A stretch of DNA of 64,000 nucleotides from Acidobacteriota bacterium (GCA_029263355.1 JAJCXQ010000686.1:177-64176), one strand, 5' to 3'. Shown: positions 48,262 to 59,600, counted from the first letter of the stretch. Numbers and translations: made by a program. Notes: generated by a model not told the origin, from the letters alone.

Positions 48262-51200
48262 CCCAAAGCCTCCGCGATCAAACGAGCCTGTTCTTGCTTG
48301 TGGGCTGCCGCCGAACCCGTCGCCGGACTGGCCGACTCTGGGCGGGTGACGGCCTCCAGCGGCCACCGACCAAAAAGCTGGCGACTGAGGCGCAATAACA
48401 GGAAGCTCCAAGCGCCCATGTTGCGTGGCTCTTCTTGTACCCAGACGATCGGCGTACCGTCGGCATAGGGAGACAACGCGGCTTCGAGAAGATCTGTGGA
48501 CAGCGGGTAGTACTGCTCGAGTCGAACGATCGCCACGTCGTCGCGCTCACCTTCCTGTCGCGCGGACTCGAGCTCGTAGTAGACCTTGCCGCTGGTGAGC
48601 AGCACTCGTTTGACGCCTGCCGGGTCGACCTGGTCGTCGGCGATGACCCGTTGAAACCGCCCCTCGGCGAGCTGATCCATACTCGAGACCGCCTGCGGAT
48701 GGCGCAACAGGCTCTTGGGCGACATCACGATCAACGGTTTTCGCCAGGGCCGCAGCACCTGGCGTCGCAAGCAGTGGAAAAACTGCGCCGGTGTCGTCAG
48801 ATTGACAACTTGAATGTTGTCTTCCGCTGCCAGATTTAGAAACCGCTCGAGGCGAGCAGAGGAATGCTCCGGCCCCTGGCCCTCGAAGCCGTGGGGCAAC
48901 AACATCACGAGGCTCGACAGCCGCCGCCACTTGTCTTCACCCGAGGTGATGAACTGATCGATGATCACCTGCGCACAATTCGAGAAGTCTCCAAACTGTG
49001 CCTCCCACACGTTCAAACCTTCCGGTGTATCGAGACTGAAGCCGTACTCGAATCCGACGACGCTGACCTCGGACAACGGACTATCCCAGACGTGGACCTC
49101 GGCCTGTCCCGCCGCCAAGTGTTGCAACGGCACATGGACTTCACCACTTTGCGAGTCGTAGAGCAACGCGTGGCGGTGGCTGAACGTGCCGCGCCCGGAG
49201 TCCTGGCCACTGAATCGCACCGGCGAGCCTTCGACCGCCAAGGACGCCAGGGTCAGAGTCTCGGTCGCACCCCAATCGAGAGGCTGCTCCCCCGCCGCCA
49301 TTTTGAGCCGATTGTTGAAAATCCGCTTCAGGGTTTTGTGAATGTTGAAATCGGGTGGAATCTCGGTGCTCTTTCTCAGCAGCGCAGCGAGCTTTTCCTT
49401 TGCGACACCGGTCTCGACCTCGGGTGAGTCGCGGTCCGCACCGCCGCGGTAGCCGTGCCACAGCCCCTCTCCCGAACGCGGCCCACCCAGCTTGTACTCC
49501 GGATCCTGCGCCATGCTGAGCTCGTCGTCCAAAACTCGAGACCGCTGCTCTTTGATCTTCTGCGCCTCTTCGCGCCGGATCCCGCCGAGCTCCAGGAGAT
49601 AGTCGAGGTAACCCTCTCGGACCGTCTTGCGTTGGCGAATGACCTCGTACAGCAGCGGCTGGGTGAACCTCGGCTCATCACCTTCGTTGTGGCCGTGACG
49701 CCGGTAGCAGTACATGTCGATGATGACGTCCTGTTGAAACTCGCGTCGGAAATCCATCGCCGTACGCACCACCCGGGCGACGGCTTCCGGGTCTTCACCG
49801 TTGACGTGGAACACCGGGGTCTGGACCATGCGAGCGACGTCGGTGGCGTAATGGGTCGAACGCGCCATCTCCGGCGAGGTCGTAAAACCGATCTGGTTGT
49901 TGACGATGACGTGCAACGTGCCGCCGGTGCGATAACCCGGTAGGTCCGCCATGTTGAACAGCTCCTGGATCACCCCTTGGCCAGCAAAAGCCGCGTCACC
50001 GTGTACCAAGATGCCGAGGCAGCGGCGATGCTCAGTATCACCGAAACGCTGCTGCTTGGCCCGCACTCGCCCCTGGAGCACCGGGTTGACGAACTCCAAA
50101 TGACTGGGATTGAAGCACAGCGACAAGTGCATCTGGCGACCGTCTTCCGTAGCTCGGTCGGAGCTGTAGCCGAGGTGGTATTTGACATCACCACGGCCGA
50201 TGAACTCCTCAGCGTGATCGTCGGCGAATTCGCGAAAAATCTCGCGTGGGCTCTTGCCCATGATGTTGACCAAAACATTGAGACGCCCACGATGGGCCAT
50301 GCCGAGGACCACCTCTTCGACGCCTTGATCACCGGCCTCTTCGAGGGCGAGATCGAGCAATGGAATCAGGGTCTCTGCCCCCTCCAGCGAGAAGCGCTTG
50401 GCGCCCAGAAACTTCTTGTGGATAAATTGCTCGAAGAGCTCAGCATCGGTCAGCTTGGTCAAGATCCGCAATTTCTCATCGCGACTCAACTGACGATGAT
50501 GGTTGGAATCTTCGAGGCGGTTGATCAGCCAGTTCTTGGCATGCACGTCGTCGATGTGCATGAATTGCACGCCGATCGAGCGGCAATAAGCAGACTCGAG
50601 CAAAGCCAGGATATCGCGCAAGGTCAGGACGGTGGTTCCAGCGATCGTGGTCGATGAGAACAGCGAGTCGAGATCTTTCTCCGACAAGCCCCAATGCTCG
50701 AGCTCGAGCTCCGGATTCGAGCCTCTTGGACGACCGAGGGGATCGAGCTTCGCCAACAGGTGGCCACGCACCCGATAAGCGTGAATCAAACGGTTGACCC
50801 GATCCTGGCGGGAGCTGCGCTCGCGCAGACGCAGAGACAGCATCCGGAGGAAACCACGGTTGAGTGCCGGGCGGCGTTCGAGTTGCACCAACAGATCAGC
50901 CCGCGACAGACTCAGGGTGGTGACATTGCCGTGGGCTACGATGTCGGCAGACCGTGGTTGAGCATCGAGCACCGACATCTCGCCAACCACATCACCGGGG
51001 TGCAAGGTGATAATGATCTCGTCCTTGCGCCGCGCCGAAAGCTCGCCCTCGATCAACAAGAACAGACGGTCACCCTCTTCCGCTTCCCGGCACAGGAACT
51101 CGCCGTCGGCGAAACGCTCTTCGACCGCCAGCACTGCCAAGGCGGCAATTTCTTCCCGCGGCAGTCCTTTGAAGAGCTTCAGTTTTTGTAGAAACTCGAT

Positions 51201-51560
51201 CCTCTCGGCCACCTCGCGGGAGATCGCCACCGGCGCTTCGGCGGCGGAGGCGGCTCCGGTCGCTGAGGCACCAACGGTAGCCGACACTCCAGTTGTCGAC
51301 ACTCTAGCCGTCGACCCTCCAGCCATCGACTTCGGCGCTACAGCACTGACATCACTCGGTGGATCGAAAATGCTGGCGGCTTTGAAACTCGGACCGTCCA
51401 CCGAGCGGCGCGCCGCCCGGGCGTCGCCATCCTCAGCCGCCCAATTTTCGAAGTAAAGGCGCCAGTCGGCATCAACCGACGCTGGGTCCTCGAGATAGTC
51501 CGCATACAGCCCCTCGACAAAAGCGAGGTTGGATCCGGTCAACGAATCGTCGCGTGTCAT
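48258..51560 (-). CDS. sucA: 2-oxoglutarate dehydrogenase E1 with an inserted cNMP-binding domain
   Basis: YLEDPASVD..W, AYRVRGH, KRFSLEGAE, GMAHRGRLN, NPSHLE, HGDAAFAGQG, WEAQFGDF, GQGPEHSSAR. Confidence 0.96.
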   Translation of the reverse strand: MTRDDSLTGSNLAFVEGLYADYLEDPASVDADWRLYFENWAAEDGDARAARRSVDGPSFKAASIFDPPSDVSAVAPKSMAGGSTARVSTTGVSATVGASATGAASAAEAPVAISREVAERIEFLQKLKLFKGLPREEIAALAVLAVEERFADGEFLCREAEEGDRLFLLIEGELSARRKDEIIITLHPGDVVGEMSVLDAQPRSADIVAHGNVTTLSLSRADLLVQLERRPALNRGFLRMLSLRLRERSSRQDRVNRLIHAYRVRGHLLAKLDPLGRPRGSNPELELEHWGLSEKDLDSLFSSTTIAGTTVLTLRDILALLESAYCRSIGVQFMHIDDVHAKNWLINRLEDSNHHRQLSRDEKLRILTKLTDAELFEQFIHKKFLGAKRFSLEGAETLIPLLDLALEEAGDQGVEEVVLGMAHRGRLNVLVNIMGKSPREIFREFADDHAEEFIGRGDVKYHLGYSSDRATEDGRQMHLSLCFNPSHLEFVNPVLQGRVRAKQQRFGDTEHRRCLGILVHGDAAFAGQGVIQELFNMADLPGYRTGGTLHVIVNNQIGFTTSPEMARSTHYATDVARMVQTPVFHVNGEDPEAVARVVRTAMDFRREFQQDVIIDMYCYRRHGHNEGDEPRFTQPLLYEVIRQRKTVREGYLDYLLELGGIRREEAQKIKEQRSRVLDDELSMAQDPEYKLGGPRSGEGLWHGYRGGADRDSPEVETGVAKEKLAALLRKSTEIPPDFNIHKTLKRIFNNRLKMAAGEQPLDWGATETLTLASLAVEGSPVRFSGQDSGRGTFSHRHALLYDSQSGEVHVPLQHLAAGQAEVHVWDSPLSEVSVVGFEYGFSLDTPEGLNVWEAQFGDFSNCAQVIIDQFITSGEDKWRRLSSLVMLLPHGFEGQGPEHSSARLERFLNLAAEDNIQVVNLTTPAQFFHCLRRQVLRPWRKPLIVMSPKSLLRHPQAVSSMDQLAEGRFQRVIADDQVDPAGVKRVLLTSGKVYYELESARQEGERDDVAIVRLEQYYPLSTDLLEAALSPYADGTPIVWVQEEPRNMGAWSFLLLRLSRQLFGRWPLEAVTRPESASPATGSAAAHKQEQARLIAEALG

Positions 51561-51647
51561 GTCTGCTCCTGAATAGGATCTGCGTCTGAAATCGGCCGAG
51601 CGCCTCGCCGAGGGTCTCTATTCTGTCCGATGTTGCGCGCGGATCGT

Positions 51648-53636
51648 CTATTCTGCCTGATCATCCCCAGTTCGATCCGGCTCATCCGGCAAATCTTCGG
51701 GCTCGACGGCCTTGCCGGATTCGAATCGGGCTCCTCCAAAGGTAACGATGCTCCCCTTGTGAAAAAAATGTTCTCCGGCGTCACGCCAGCGCGGCATCTC
51801 GCCCTTCGCCACATCGATATTGATCCGGTAAAGGTAAATCGAGAACACCCGTGACCATTCGGCCCGTGCCCGCTCCTTACGGACCTGGCTCGGCCGCGAC
51901 GGCGCCAGCGTAATCCGCTGCGACTCGGGGCCGGCGTTGATCTGTACCACCGAATCTTCGATCCGCACCGTCACGTTGTTGTCGGAGACCTCGCTGCGGA
52001 CATCGAGCCACAGCTCCACCACCGGCTCGAGACTCTGCAGCCAAACCTCGTTGCCCTGGCGTCCCGAGATCCACATCTCCTCACCTTCGACCCGGAAATG
52101 ATCTTTGCGGCCACTGAAATAGACTCCTTCGTGCGCTAGCCCCAAATACCCAGGAATCTCAGGTAACGAGTGTTCAAACGGGAACAGCTTGAAAGGAGGA
52201 TTACGGACATGGGCCTGCAGGGTCGGAGATGGCACGACAAGCCCAAAAGGCGATAGCTGCAGTGAGCCGACGAGTAGTCCCCCGATCGCGAAGGTGGGAA
52301 TGACGATCCATGGTGGACGAATGCGCGTCACCAAAAAGAGGAACGCCGGATAAACCATCACAAAGTATCGATTGCCGACGAAGCCGCCACCACCATGCCA
52401 GTTGTGCTGCAAGAACAGCAGCAGGAACATGGCAACGAAGCCCAGCGAGGCAATGACCACCCAACGCACCGGGCCTCCGCGGCCGAAAGCCAGTCCCGGC
52501 GTCGCCAGAAAGAGGATCAACGCCAAAAGCGCGAAGGGCTGATAGACAAACAGTCCGGTATGGCGACCGACGAAGAAGTAGACCAGATCCTCACTCAGCT
52601 CGGCGAACGTGAACTGTGGTACTTGGAAAATCCACCACCAGCCTGCGGTCTCGCGACCGAGCTCCCGCCGCTCACCTTGAACCGGCGGCGGGTCTGGCTC
52701 CATCGGCATCTCATGCGGGCTATCGATGTTGTAGCCCTGGCGATCGATACCTAGATACGCGGTCGGATGGCCGGTGAATATCACCGAGACTCCGGCTAGA
52801 ACCGCCATCGCCACAACTGCGCTGAGCAACCAGATCCCGAGCTCCCGCCAGCGGCGATGGTGCAGCAGGCGAAAACAGACGGGTAACCCGATCGCCGCTA
52901 GCATAGGTTTGTTGTAAACCCCGAGCGCAAGCGTCGAGGCCGACCACACCAATGCCGCATGATTGGACGTCAGTCTGCTCCATAGCCGCCATCGTGTCCC
53001 ACGCGACGCCCCTCGCTCGGATGCGCCTGGGCCACCGGGATCGAAGACATGCAGCCCGAAGAATAGGCATCCCGCAGTGGCAAACATGTTGAGCAACTCG
53101 GGCTGCATCCAGTAGACATAACGGTAGGTGGTGCTCAGCAGGTAAAAACCGACGGCAAAAAGAGCCGCAAGCCAATCTGGGTTGTAGCGCCGGAGATAAA
53201 GGAAACCCATCCAGATCATCGCCACCATCAGCAGCGAGTTGAAAACCACCAGACCGTTCGCTCCCCACAGCGCCGCTAGGGGCGCCGCCAGGAAGGCGAA
53301 AATGTAGGGTTTGCCGAAATAGACGGTCCGCCAGCCATCGTCGGTCGACAGGATAAGGTTCTGTATCGACGTATAGGGAAATTCTTGGTAGAGGCGCGCC
53401 AAGTCCCGCGGCTCACATCGTAAGTCGCCGTCTTTCACCAGGCTCAGCGCCGCCAGGAAGTAGGCGGGCTCGTCCGCCTTGAGGGTGGCGGGCATTCCCG
53501 GCTTGCGGTGGGTCAGCGGCAGGAGAATCAGCACCAAAGAAAGACAGAGTAGGCTGTGCGCCACTGTCCGTTGCAGCGCCCGAGATCCTGGGGCTGGTAA
53601 CGTGCCCACGGCGGGTTGGGTCGCAAAAACGGCCAT
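51648..53636 (-). CDS. GT-C-fold membrane glycosyltransferase-like protein
   Basis: KADEPAYFLAALSL loop, many TM helices, WHGGGGFVGNRYF (compare WFGGWAPPFRY in 21180..23381). Confidence 0.65.
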   Translation of the reverse strand: MAVFATQPAVGTLPAPGSRALQRTVAHSLLCLSLVLILLPLTHRKPGMPATLKADEPAYFLAALSLVKDGDLRCEPRDLARLYQEFPYTSIQNLILSTDDGWRTVYFGKPYIFAFLAAPLAALWGANGLVVFNSLLMVAMIWMGFLYLRRYNPDWLAALFAVGFYLLSTTYRYVYWMQPELLNMFATAGCLFFGLHVFDPGGPGASERGASRGTRWRLWSRLTSNHAALVWSASTLALGVYNKPMLAAIGLPVCFRLLHHRRWRELGIWLLSAVVAMAVLAGVSVIFTGHPTAYLGIDRQGYNIDSPHEMPMEPDPPPVQGERRELGRETAGWWWIFQVPQFTFAELSEDLVYFFVGRHTGLFVYQPFALLALILFLATPGLAFGRGGPVRWVVIASLGFVAMFLLLFLQHNWHGGGGFVGNRYFVMVYPAFLFLVTRIRPPWIVIPTFAIGGLLVGSLQLSPFGLVVPSPTLQAHVRNPPFKLFPFEHSLPEIPGYLGLAHEGVYFSGRKDHFRVEGEEMWISGRQGNEVWLQSLEPVVELWLDVRSEVSDNNVTVRIEDSVVQINAGPESQRITLAPSRPSQVRKERARAEWSRVFSIYLYRINIDVAKGEMPRWRDAGEHFFHKGSIVTFGGARFESGKAVEPEDLPDEPDRTGDDQAE

Positions 53637-53796
53637 AAGACGCGAGCATACGCCGCCCCGACACCCGATGGCTACGGTTTGGTGATATTTGACAGCTTCC
53701 GCGAGCCCACGATAGCTTCCGTACCGAGCCTCGCCGACCTCGACCGGCGGTCGGTTCTGCCGTCCACGGTCCCCCAACCCCTCAGGAGATCATGCC

Positions 53797-54564
53797 ATGA
53801 AAGCGGTCATTCTCGCGGGCGGCCGCGGTACCCGCCTGTCCGAAGAAACGGTCAGCCGCCCCAAGCCCATGGTGGAGATCGGCGGCAAGCCGATTCTGTG
53901 GCACATCATGAAAATCTACTCCGCCCACGGTATCCAAGACTTCGTCATCTGCTGTGGCTACAAGGGGTACATGATCAAGGAGTACTTCGCCAACTACTTC
54001 CTCCACAACTCCGACGTCACCTTCGATCTGGCGAAGAACGATCTCACCATCCACCAGAGCACTTCCGAGCCGTGGCGCGTCACCTTGCTCGACACCGGCG
54101 ACGAAACCGGCACCGGCGGTCGTCTAAAGCTCGCCAGCGACCACCTCGACGACGATTTCTGCTTCACCTACGGCGATGCCGTATCCAACGTCGATATCAC
54201 GGCTCTTATCGCCTTCCACAAGTCGCATGGCAAGTTGGCGACCATGACCACCATCCAGCCGCCGTCCAGATATGGCGTGTTGGCTTTCGATGGCGACCGC
54301 ATCACCGACTTCCAAGAGAAGCCGCCCGGCGAAGGTGGTTGGATCAACGGTGGCTTCTTCGTGTTATCGCCGAAAGTCATCGACACCATCGAGACCCTCG
54401 CCACCCACTGGGAGATCGCACCTTTGCACCGGCTGGTCAACGAGGGCCAGCTTGCCGCCCACTTCCACAAGGGCTTCTGGCAATGTATGGACACCTTACG
54501 CGACAAGAACCATCTCGAAGAACATTGGAGCTCCGAGCAGCCGCCGTGGAAAATCTGGGATTGA
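53797..54564 (+). CDS. rfbF: Glucose-1-phosphate cytidylyltransferase
   Basis: ILAGGRGTRLSEET..RPKPMVEIGGKPILWHIMK, CCGYKG..IKEYFANY, TYGD, WINGGFFV, FWQCMDTLRDK. Confidence 0.95.
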   Translation: MKAVILAGGRGTRLSEETVSRPKPMVEIGGKPILWHIMKIYSAHGIQDFVICCGYKGYMIKEYFANYFLHNSDVTFDLAKNDLTIHQSTSEPWRVTLLDTGDETGTGGRLKLASDHLDDDFCFTYGDAVSNVDITALIAFHKSHGKLATMTTIQPPSRYGVLAFDGDRITDFQEKPPGEGGWINGGFFVLSPKVIDTIETLATHWEIAPLHRLVNEGQLAAHFHKGFWQCMDTLRDKNHLEEHWSSEQPPWKIWD

Positions 54565-54757
54565 GGAGTGCCGCTTAACAGGCCGGGGTCGGACGGCGCC
54601 AGCCGTCTCCATTGGTTTTGGTAGGGTTCGAGATTCGGCGGCGCTCCGTTGAGTACCTCGAGAAAGACCAACAGGTCCCGCGACCACCACGCAAGTCGAA
54701 CCGGCGATCTGGCACGGCGACCCTGAGCAGGATCCACGACGTCTGATCGCCGAAGTA

Positions 54758-55516
54758 TTGGCGCGCCCGGAACTGCAGCGCCAGGAAACCGTCGTCCGCT
54801 GGCGGCTGCGCAAAGATCTGCTTGAGGGGTTCGAGGGCAGGGAAGAGGGTGACTCGTTGCCCAATACCGCTCTGATGTGGCTGGCGCAGGCCATCGCGAT
54901 GCTGGGTGAGCCCCTGCTGTGGCTGGCTGCGGCTGGATTGTTGGTCCTGCTGATCCGCGCAATGTGGCGTCACTTGAGCCTGGACACCGATCCGAAGCCG
55001 CGTCCAGATAGCCCAATCGTGAAACACATCGCGGGCCTCGATTTGCGGCCGGAGACCTTACCCGATGACATCCCAGGGAGCGCAGCCCAGCTGTGGCATG
55101 ATGGCAAACCTGCGGCAGCGTTGAGCCTGCTCTATCGCGGCGCGGTGGCACGGCTCGTGGAAGAAGGATTGGAGCTGCGAGAAAGCTCCACCGAAGACGA
55201 CTGTCTGAGCTCGGCTCGATTACGCGACGAAGACACGGACGAATTACTGCCAACGATCCATGCGTTGCGCCGACGGCATCTGGTGCTGGTCGCCAGCACC
55301 CGTGAATTGGCGTTAGGAACGCTGCGCGATCAAGCGATCACAAGTCACAGCTCGGCGCTCGACGTCAGCGCCACCCATCATTACCTTGCCGCCCGCACCC
55401 ACGCACACGCCGCGGTGCGTGCCGCTGGCGCCATGGTTCTCGACGTCGAGCCGCCGTTGCTGCCGGTGGCTTTGGCAACCCGCTACCTGGACATCAAACG
55501 AGCCGGCCAGCTCTGA
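54758..55516 (+). pseudogene. Chimeric remnant: DUF4129-like region joined to a DUF58-like C-terminus
   Basis: LPDDIPGSAAQLW...ALSLLYRG...STEDDCL joined directly to LRDEDTDELL...HLVLVAS...RYLDIKRAGQL; no good start. Confidence 0.6.
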
Positions 55517-55548
55517 GCAGGTCGGAATTCTTCTTGGAGAAGCATGAC

Positions 55549-55761
55549 TTGACTGATCAATTCGAGCCTATAGCTGTTGCCGAAGCCGTCAACCCCTACG
55601 CCCCGCCACAAGCGGCAATCACTCCCGGCATGACGGACGTGCCGAGCGACGCAGACGATACTACTCGCCAGCTTCGTCGTAGTTGCCGTCTTCATAGCGA
55701 TGCAGTAAATGTCGCGGCCGGGTGGCGGGATCTCACACAAACAGTGCGTGGTATGCTTTAA
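55549..55761 (+). pseudogene. Short ORF or gene fragment with an NPYAPP N-terminal motif
   Basis: GGAGA RBS; NPYAPP usually begins longer membrane proteins, but no TM region follows here. Confidence 0.3.
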
Positions 55762-55782
55762 GGGTCGTTTCTCGAGGCCATC

Positions 55783-56079
55783 ATGCAAGTCCCAGTCATC
55801 ATCCAGGCCGAAGGCGAAGACCTCTACTCAGCTGAGCCGCTCGGCAAATCCGAGCTAAGAGTCGAAGCTGTCTCCGAGGCCGAGGCCCTGCGCAAGCTCA
55901 CCAGCTCTCTAAAAGAGTGGCTGGAGTCAGCCAAGTTGATTCAACTCGACATTTCTATGGACTCGGAAGCGCGGCCCAATCCATGGCTTGATACCTGCGG
56001 TCGATCCGCTGACGATCCAGACTTCGACGATTACGTCGCTGAGATCGAACAAGCTCGGGCTGCGGATGATCTCGGATGA
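55783..56079 (+). CDS. Putative type II antitoxin (HicB-like N-terminus, acidic C-terminus)
   Basis: 98-aa acidic protein directly upstream of the PIN toxin; NPWL...G...DDPDFDD tail. Confidence 0.6.
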   Translation: MQVPVIIQAEGEDLYSAEPLGKSELRVEAVSEAEALRKLTSSLKEWLESAKLIQLDISMDSEARPNPWLDTCGRSADDPDFDDYVAEIEQARAADDLG

Positions 56080-56085
56080 TCTCGG

Positions 56086-56504
56086 ATGACTCGCTGGCTG
56101 CTAGATACCGACCACGTCAGCCCACAAGAACGCGGCCATCAACTCCTGAAAGAGCGGCTGGCAGTAACGCCACCGAACAGCATCGCTATCAGCGTCATCA
56201 CGATGGAGGAGATGCTTCGCGGCCGCCTAGCGATTCTAGCTCGGCATCAAAGCGGCGAGCGCCGGGTCAACGCATACCTACGGCTGACCGAGACCGTACG
56301 GTTCTTCAGCTTGGTTCCGGTGATGCCCTTTGACCTGGCAGCCGAGAGCAAGTTCACTGCACTGCGGGCACAACACCTAAAAGTCGGCAGTCAAGATATG
56401 CGAATTTCAGCGATCGCCCAGACTCGGGACTTGATTGTTGTAACCCGCAATCGAAAGACTTTGGGCGAATTCCTGGCCTTCGAATCGAAGACTGGACAAT
56501 TTAG
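56086..56504 (+). pseudogene. vapC: VapC/PIN toxin with a 1-nt-deletion frameshift near the C-terminus
   Basis: WLLDTDH, ISVITMEE, DMRISAIA, VVTRN; the canonical tail DFGRIPGLRIEDWT* lies in another frame (56457-56504). Confidence 0.8.
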
Positions 56505-56695
56505 CCACGATACATCGCCCGGTTTGTGATCGGTTTCATCCGTCGCGACGGAGGGCGCTGGGCGAGACAACTCTCTTGAGGGACTTTCGTAACGTCTTAC
56601 GTGAGTCTCTATGGGGGTTGTTCCATTCACAGGGTCGAGTCGGCTTTCCAGGTGACATGCGCCTTGATCAGGCTCGTGAGCAAAGGAGATCATCA

Positions 56696-59600
56696 ATGTC
56701 GAAGACACCACTCTCGATCCAAAGGTTCGGAGTCCTATTCCTAGTGTGGGGCGGGTTGTGCCCCGCGGCGCAGCTTGACGCGCAGAGCTCAGAGTCTTTT
56801 CGTAAGCTCGAGCCAACGGCCACGGTGACGCCTTTCGCTTCGCCACGGTTACGCCTTACACCCATTTTGAAACAACATCGCGCCGACGATTGGGATTCGG
56901 CACTCGAGAATCCTGCTCTGGCACGATTCAAATCCCTCCACGGCTCGGATTGGGAGATCCGTTGGGATCGATCGAGCGATCGACCACATCTCATCCAGGG
57001 GAAAGGCATTCCCTTGATCTTCGCCGACGGCGAAACCTCTGCCCGCCAGCCCGGTCGCGGTTTCGATCCAGCCGAACGTGCGACCCGCCTGGGCGCTATG
57101 AGCCTGCAGGACTTGGAGACTGCGGCGCGACACTTCCTGGGAACCGTCTCCGACCTGCTGCGGGTCGATCCGTCGACCCTGATGCTCGATCATCAACGCA
57201 GCCAGTCGGCGGGCCAGCAGCGCCAACTGTGGCATTTGGAGTTTCTGCAAACCCACTCAGGGCTCCCGGTCGCAGGGGCACGTGTCTTCCTGCGCGTCAG
57301 CCATGGCCGGGTTGTCCAATTCGGGACCGAGAACATCACCGAGGTGAACCTGCCCGTAGAGCCCTGGGTTTCACGCGAGGAGGCCCTACCTCGGGCGCTC
57401 GCAGGGTTGTCTCTTGCCGCTGACGCGCTCTCGATGACTGCGTCGGCCGAGTTGAAGATCTTGCCGGTGATGGACAACGTTTCGCCCTGGACCGGAGATC
57501 GTGAGACGATCAGCCATCTGTTGGTTTGGGAGATGACAGCTTTACGCGATCTCGATGGCGCAACTTTTCGTCTCCGTCTCGACGCCCACAGTGGCGAGCT
57601 GCTGGAGGTCGTTGACCTCCGAGTGTTTGGCGAAGCCTCTGCTCGGATCCATCTCCCAATGGCGCCACAACCGATCCCCGCACCGCTACCACGGTTGTGG
57701 GTCGACCACCTGGGTCCACGCCAAACTGACGAGTACGGATTCTTCGAATATCAGGGAGGCGAGGCATCAGCAGGCCTCAGTGGCGCCTTGATCGAAGTGA
57801 TTGACGCTTGCGGTCCTTCCTACCTCAGTACTTGGGATGGAGACCTCGACTTCGGAGGTACGAACGGAACAGATTGTTCGACGCCGGCAACCGGCGGGGC
57901 AGGAAATACCCAAGCCGCACGAGACGCCTATTACCATCTCACTCACAGCATCCAAGCAGTACTCGACCGCTATTCCGACGATGTCCTGCCGATCACCCTG
58001 GTCGCACGCACCAATCAACCGAACATGAGCTGCGCGGCGTATTGGAGCGAAACTCTGGGAATCTTTGCCTTCGGCCAAGCGAGCGCCGAATGCGCCAACA
58101 TTGGCGAGAACCCCGGCATCTTGACCCACGAAGTTGGCCATGCGGCAGACTCGTTGCTGGGTGGAACCGCCTCGGACGGGGCTTCGGGGGAAGCTCAAGC
58201 CGACATCTTCGCTTTTCTCCAGACCGGCGACACGTGCATTGGACGCGGCTTGAGGCCGGGCACTCCCTGTTACGGCTGTGACGACCTTTGCACCGGCATC
58301 CGAGATCTCGGGCTGTTCGCCGCTGGCGGCGCAGCACCCCTCGCAAGCCCGGCAACCCTAGACGCCGCGGACGGCCTGAGCTGCGACCGCTTCGACTGCC
58401 CGTACCCCGGAGGGAGCTCGTTTCAGGGCCCCCTCGGCTTCCAGGCGCACTGCGAGAGTCAGATCGCCAGCTCAGCGATGCTCGATCTCTATCGTCGATT
58501 GGCCGCGGCACGGGGAGAGGCGGGACGAGAGACCTTCGAAGACCTGTGGTTTGCAAGTCTCCCCGGCCTCGGTGAAGCTTATCGTTTGGTCAGCCCCGAC
58601 CAACTCTGTACGGCGGACGATCAGGCGGTGGACGGCTGCGGCGCGAACAATTGGTATTCCGTGCTGCTAGCGTCGGATGACGACGACGGCAACTTGGCCA
58701 ACGGCACCCCGAACGGCTGTCTGATCTGGCAAGCGTTCAACGACCACGGCATCGCTTGCGGCGCCAGCCCAGCCTGTTTCTGCAAGGGTGGGGGCAGCCT
58801 GGCGGACGCTGGCCCGGACGTCACAATTTGTCGAGGGGAGGAAGCCACCCTGGGTACCTTCAGTAACCAAGCCAGAACGTACTTGTGGCAGCCGGGGGGA
58901 GAACGAACACCCCAAATTATCGTGGCGCCCGACCTGACCACTGAGTACACCCTGACCGCGGTTGATTCCTGCGGCGAAACCCGAGATACCGTGACGGTCA
59001 ACGTGGTGGCCTGCGATGGGTTCGAAGAGGACTTCGAATCAGGAAGTGACGGCTGGACAACGTCAGGACTCTGGCACGCGGTGACCAGCACCTCATGCGC
59101 GTCGCCTCCGGCCGCCGACGGAACCGGGGCGATGTACTACGGTAGCGACGAGACGTGTGGTGTCGAAACCGGCAGTTGGAGCTCCGGCGACATGATCTCC
59201 CCACCGATTGCCATCACGGAAAGCCAGAACACGTTGAGCTTCGATTTTTATCTCGGTCAGGCGCAGCCCTTGCCCTTGGGCCGGGCGGAAGTCGCTACCA
59301 AAACCGAGAGTGGCGACTGGGTGCCGCGCTGGGCAGTCGAAATCAACGACCTCGATATCGATGGCTGGCAGACCAGTCCGCAGATTTCCTTGACCCCAGA
59401 CCATGGATCCACGGTCCAGTTGCGATTCCGCTTCGAAACCTACTCGCGAGATAGAAAATCCGAGCCTTACTCGGGATGGTTGATCGACAATGTCAAGATC
59501 CTCCAGGGTCCCAATCCAGGCAGCGGCGCCGCCCCGACGATAAACCTGGTCGAGGCGCCTACCCAGCCGCTGTCGAAGTGCGAATGTGTACGCTGCCGGT

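Noticed and set aside
59020..59056. FEEDFESGSDGW as a third C-terminal sorting motif
   Set aside because: It is internal and fits the start of a MAM/concanavalin-like domain.
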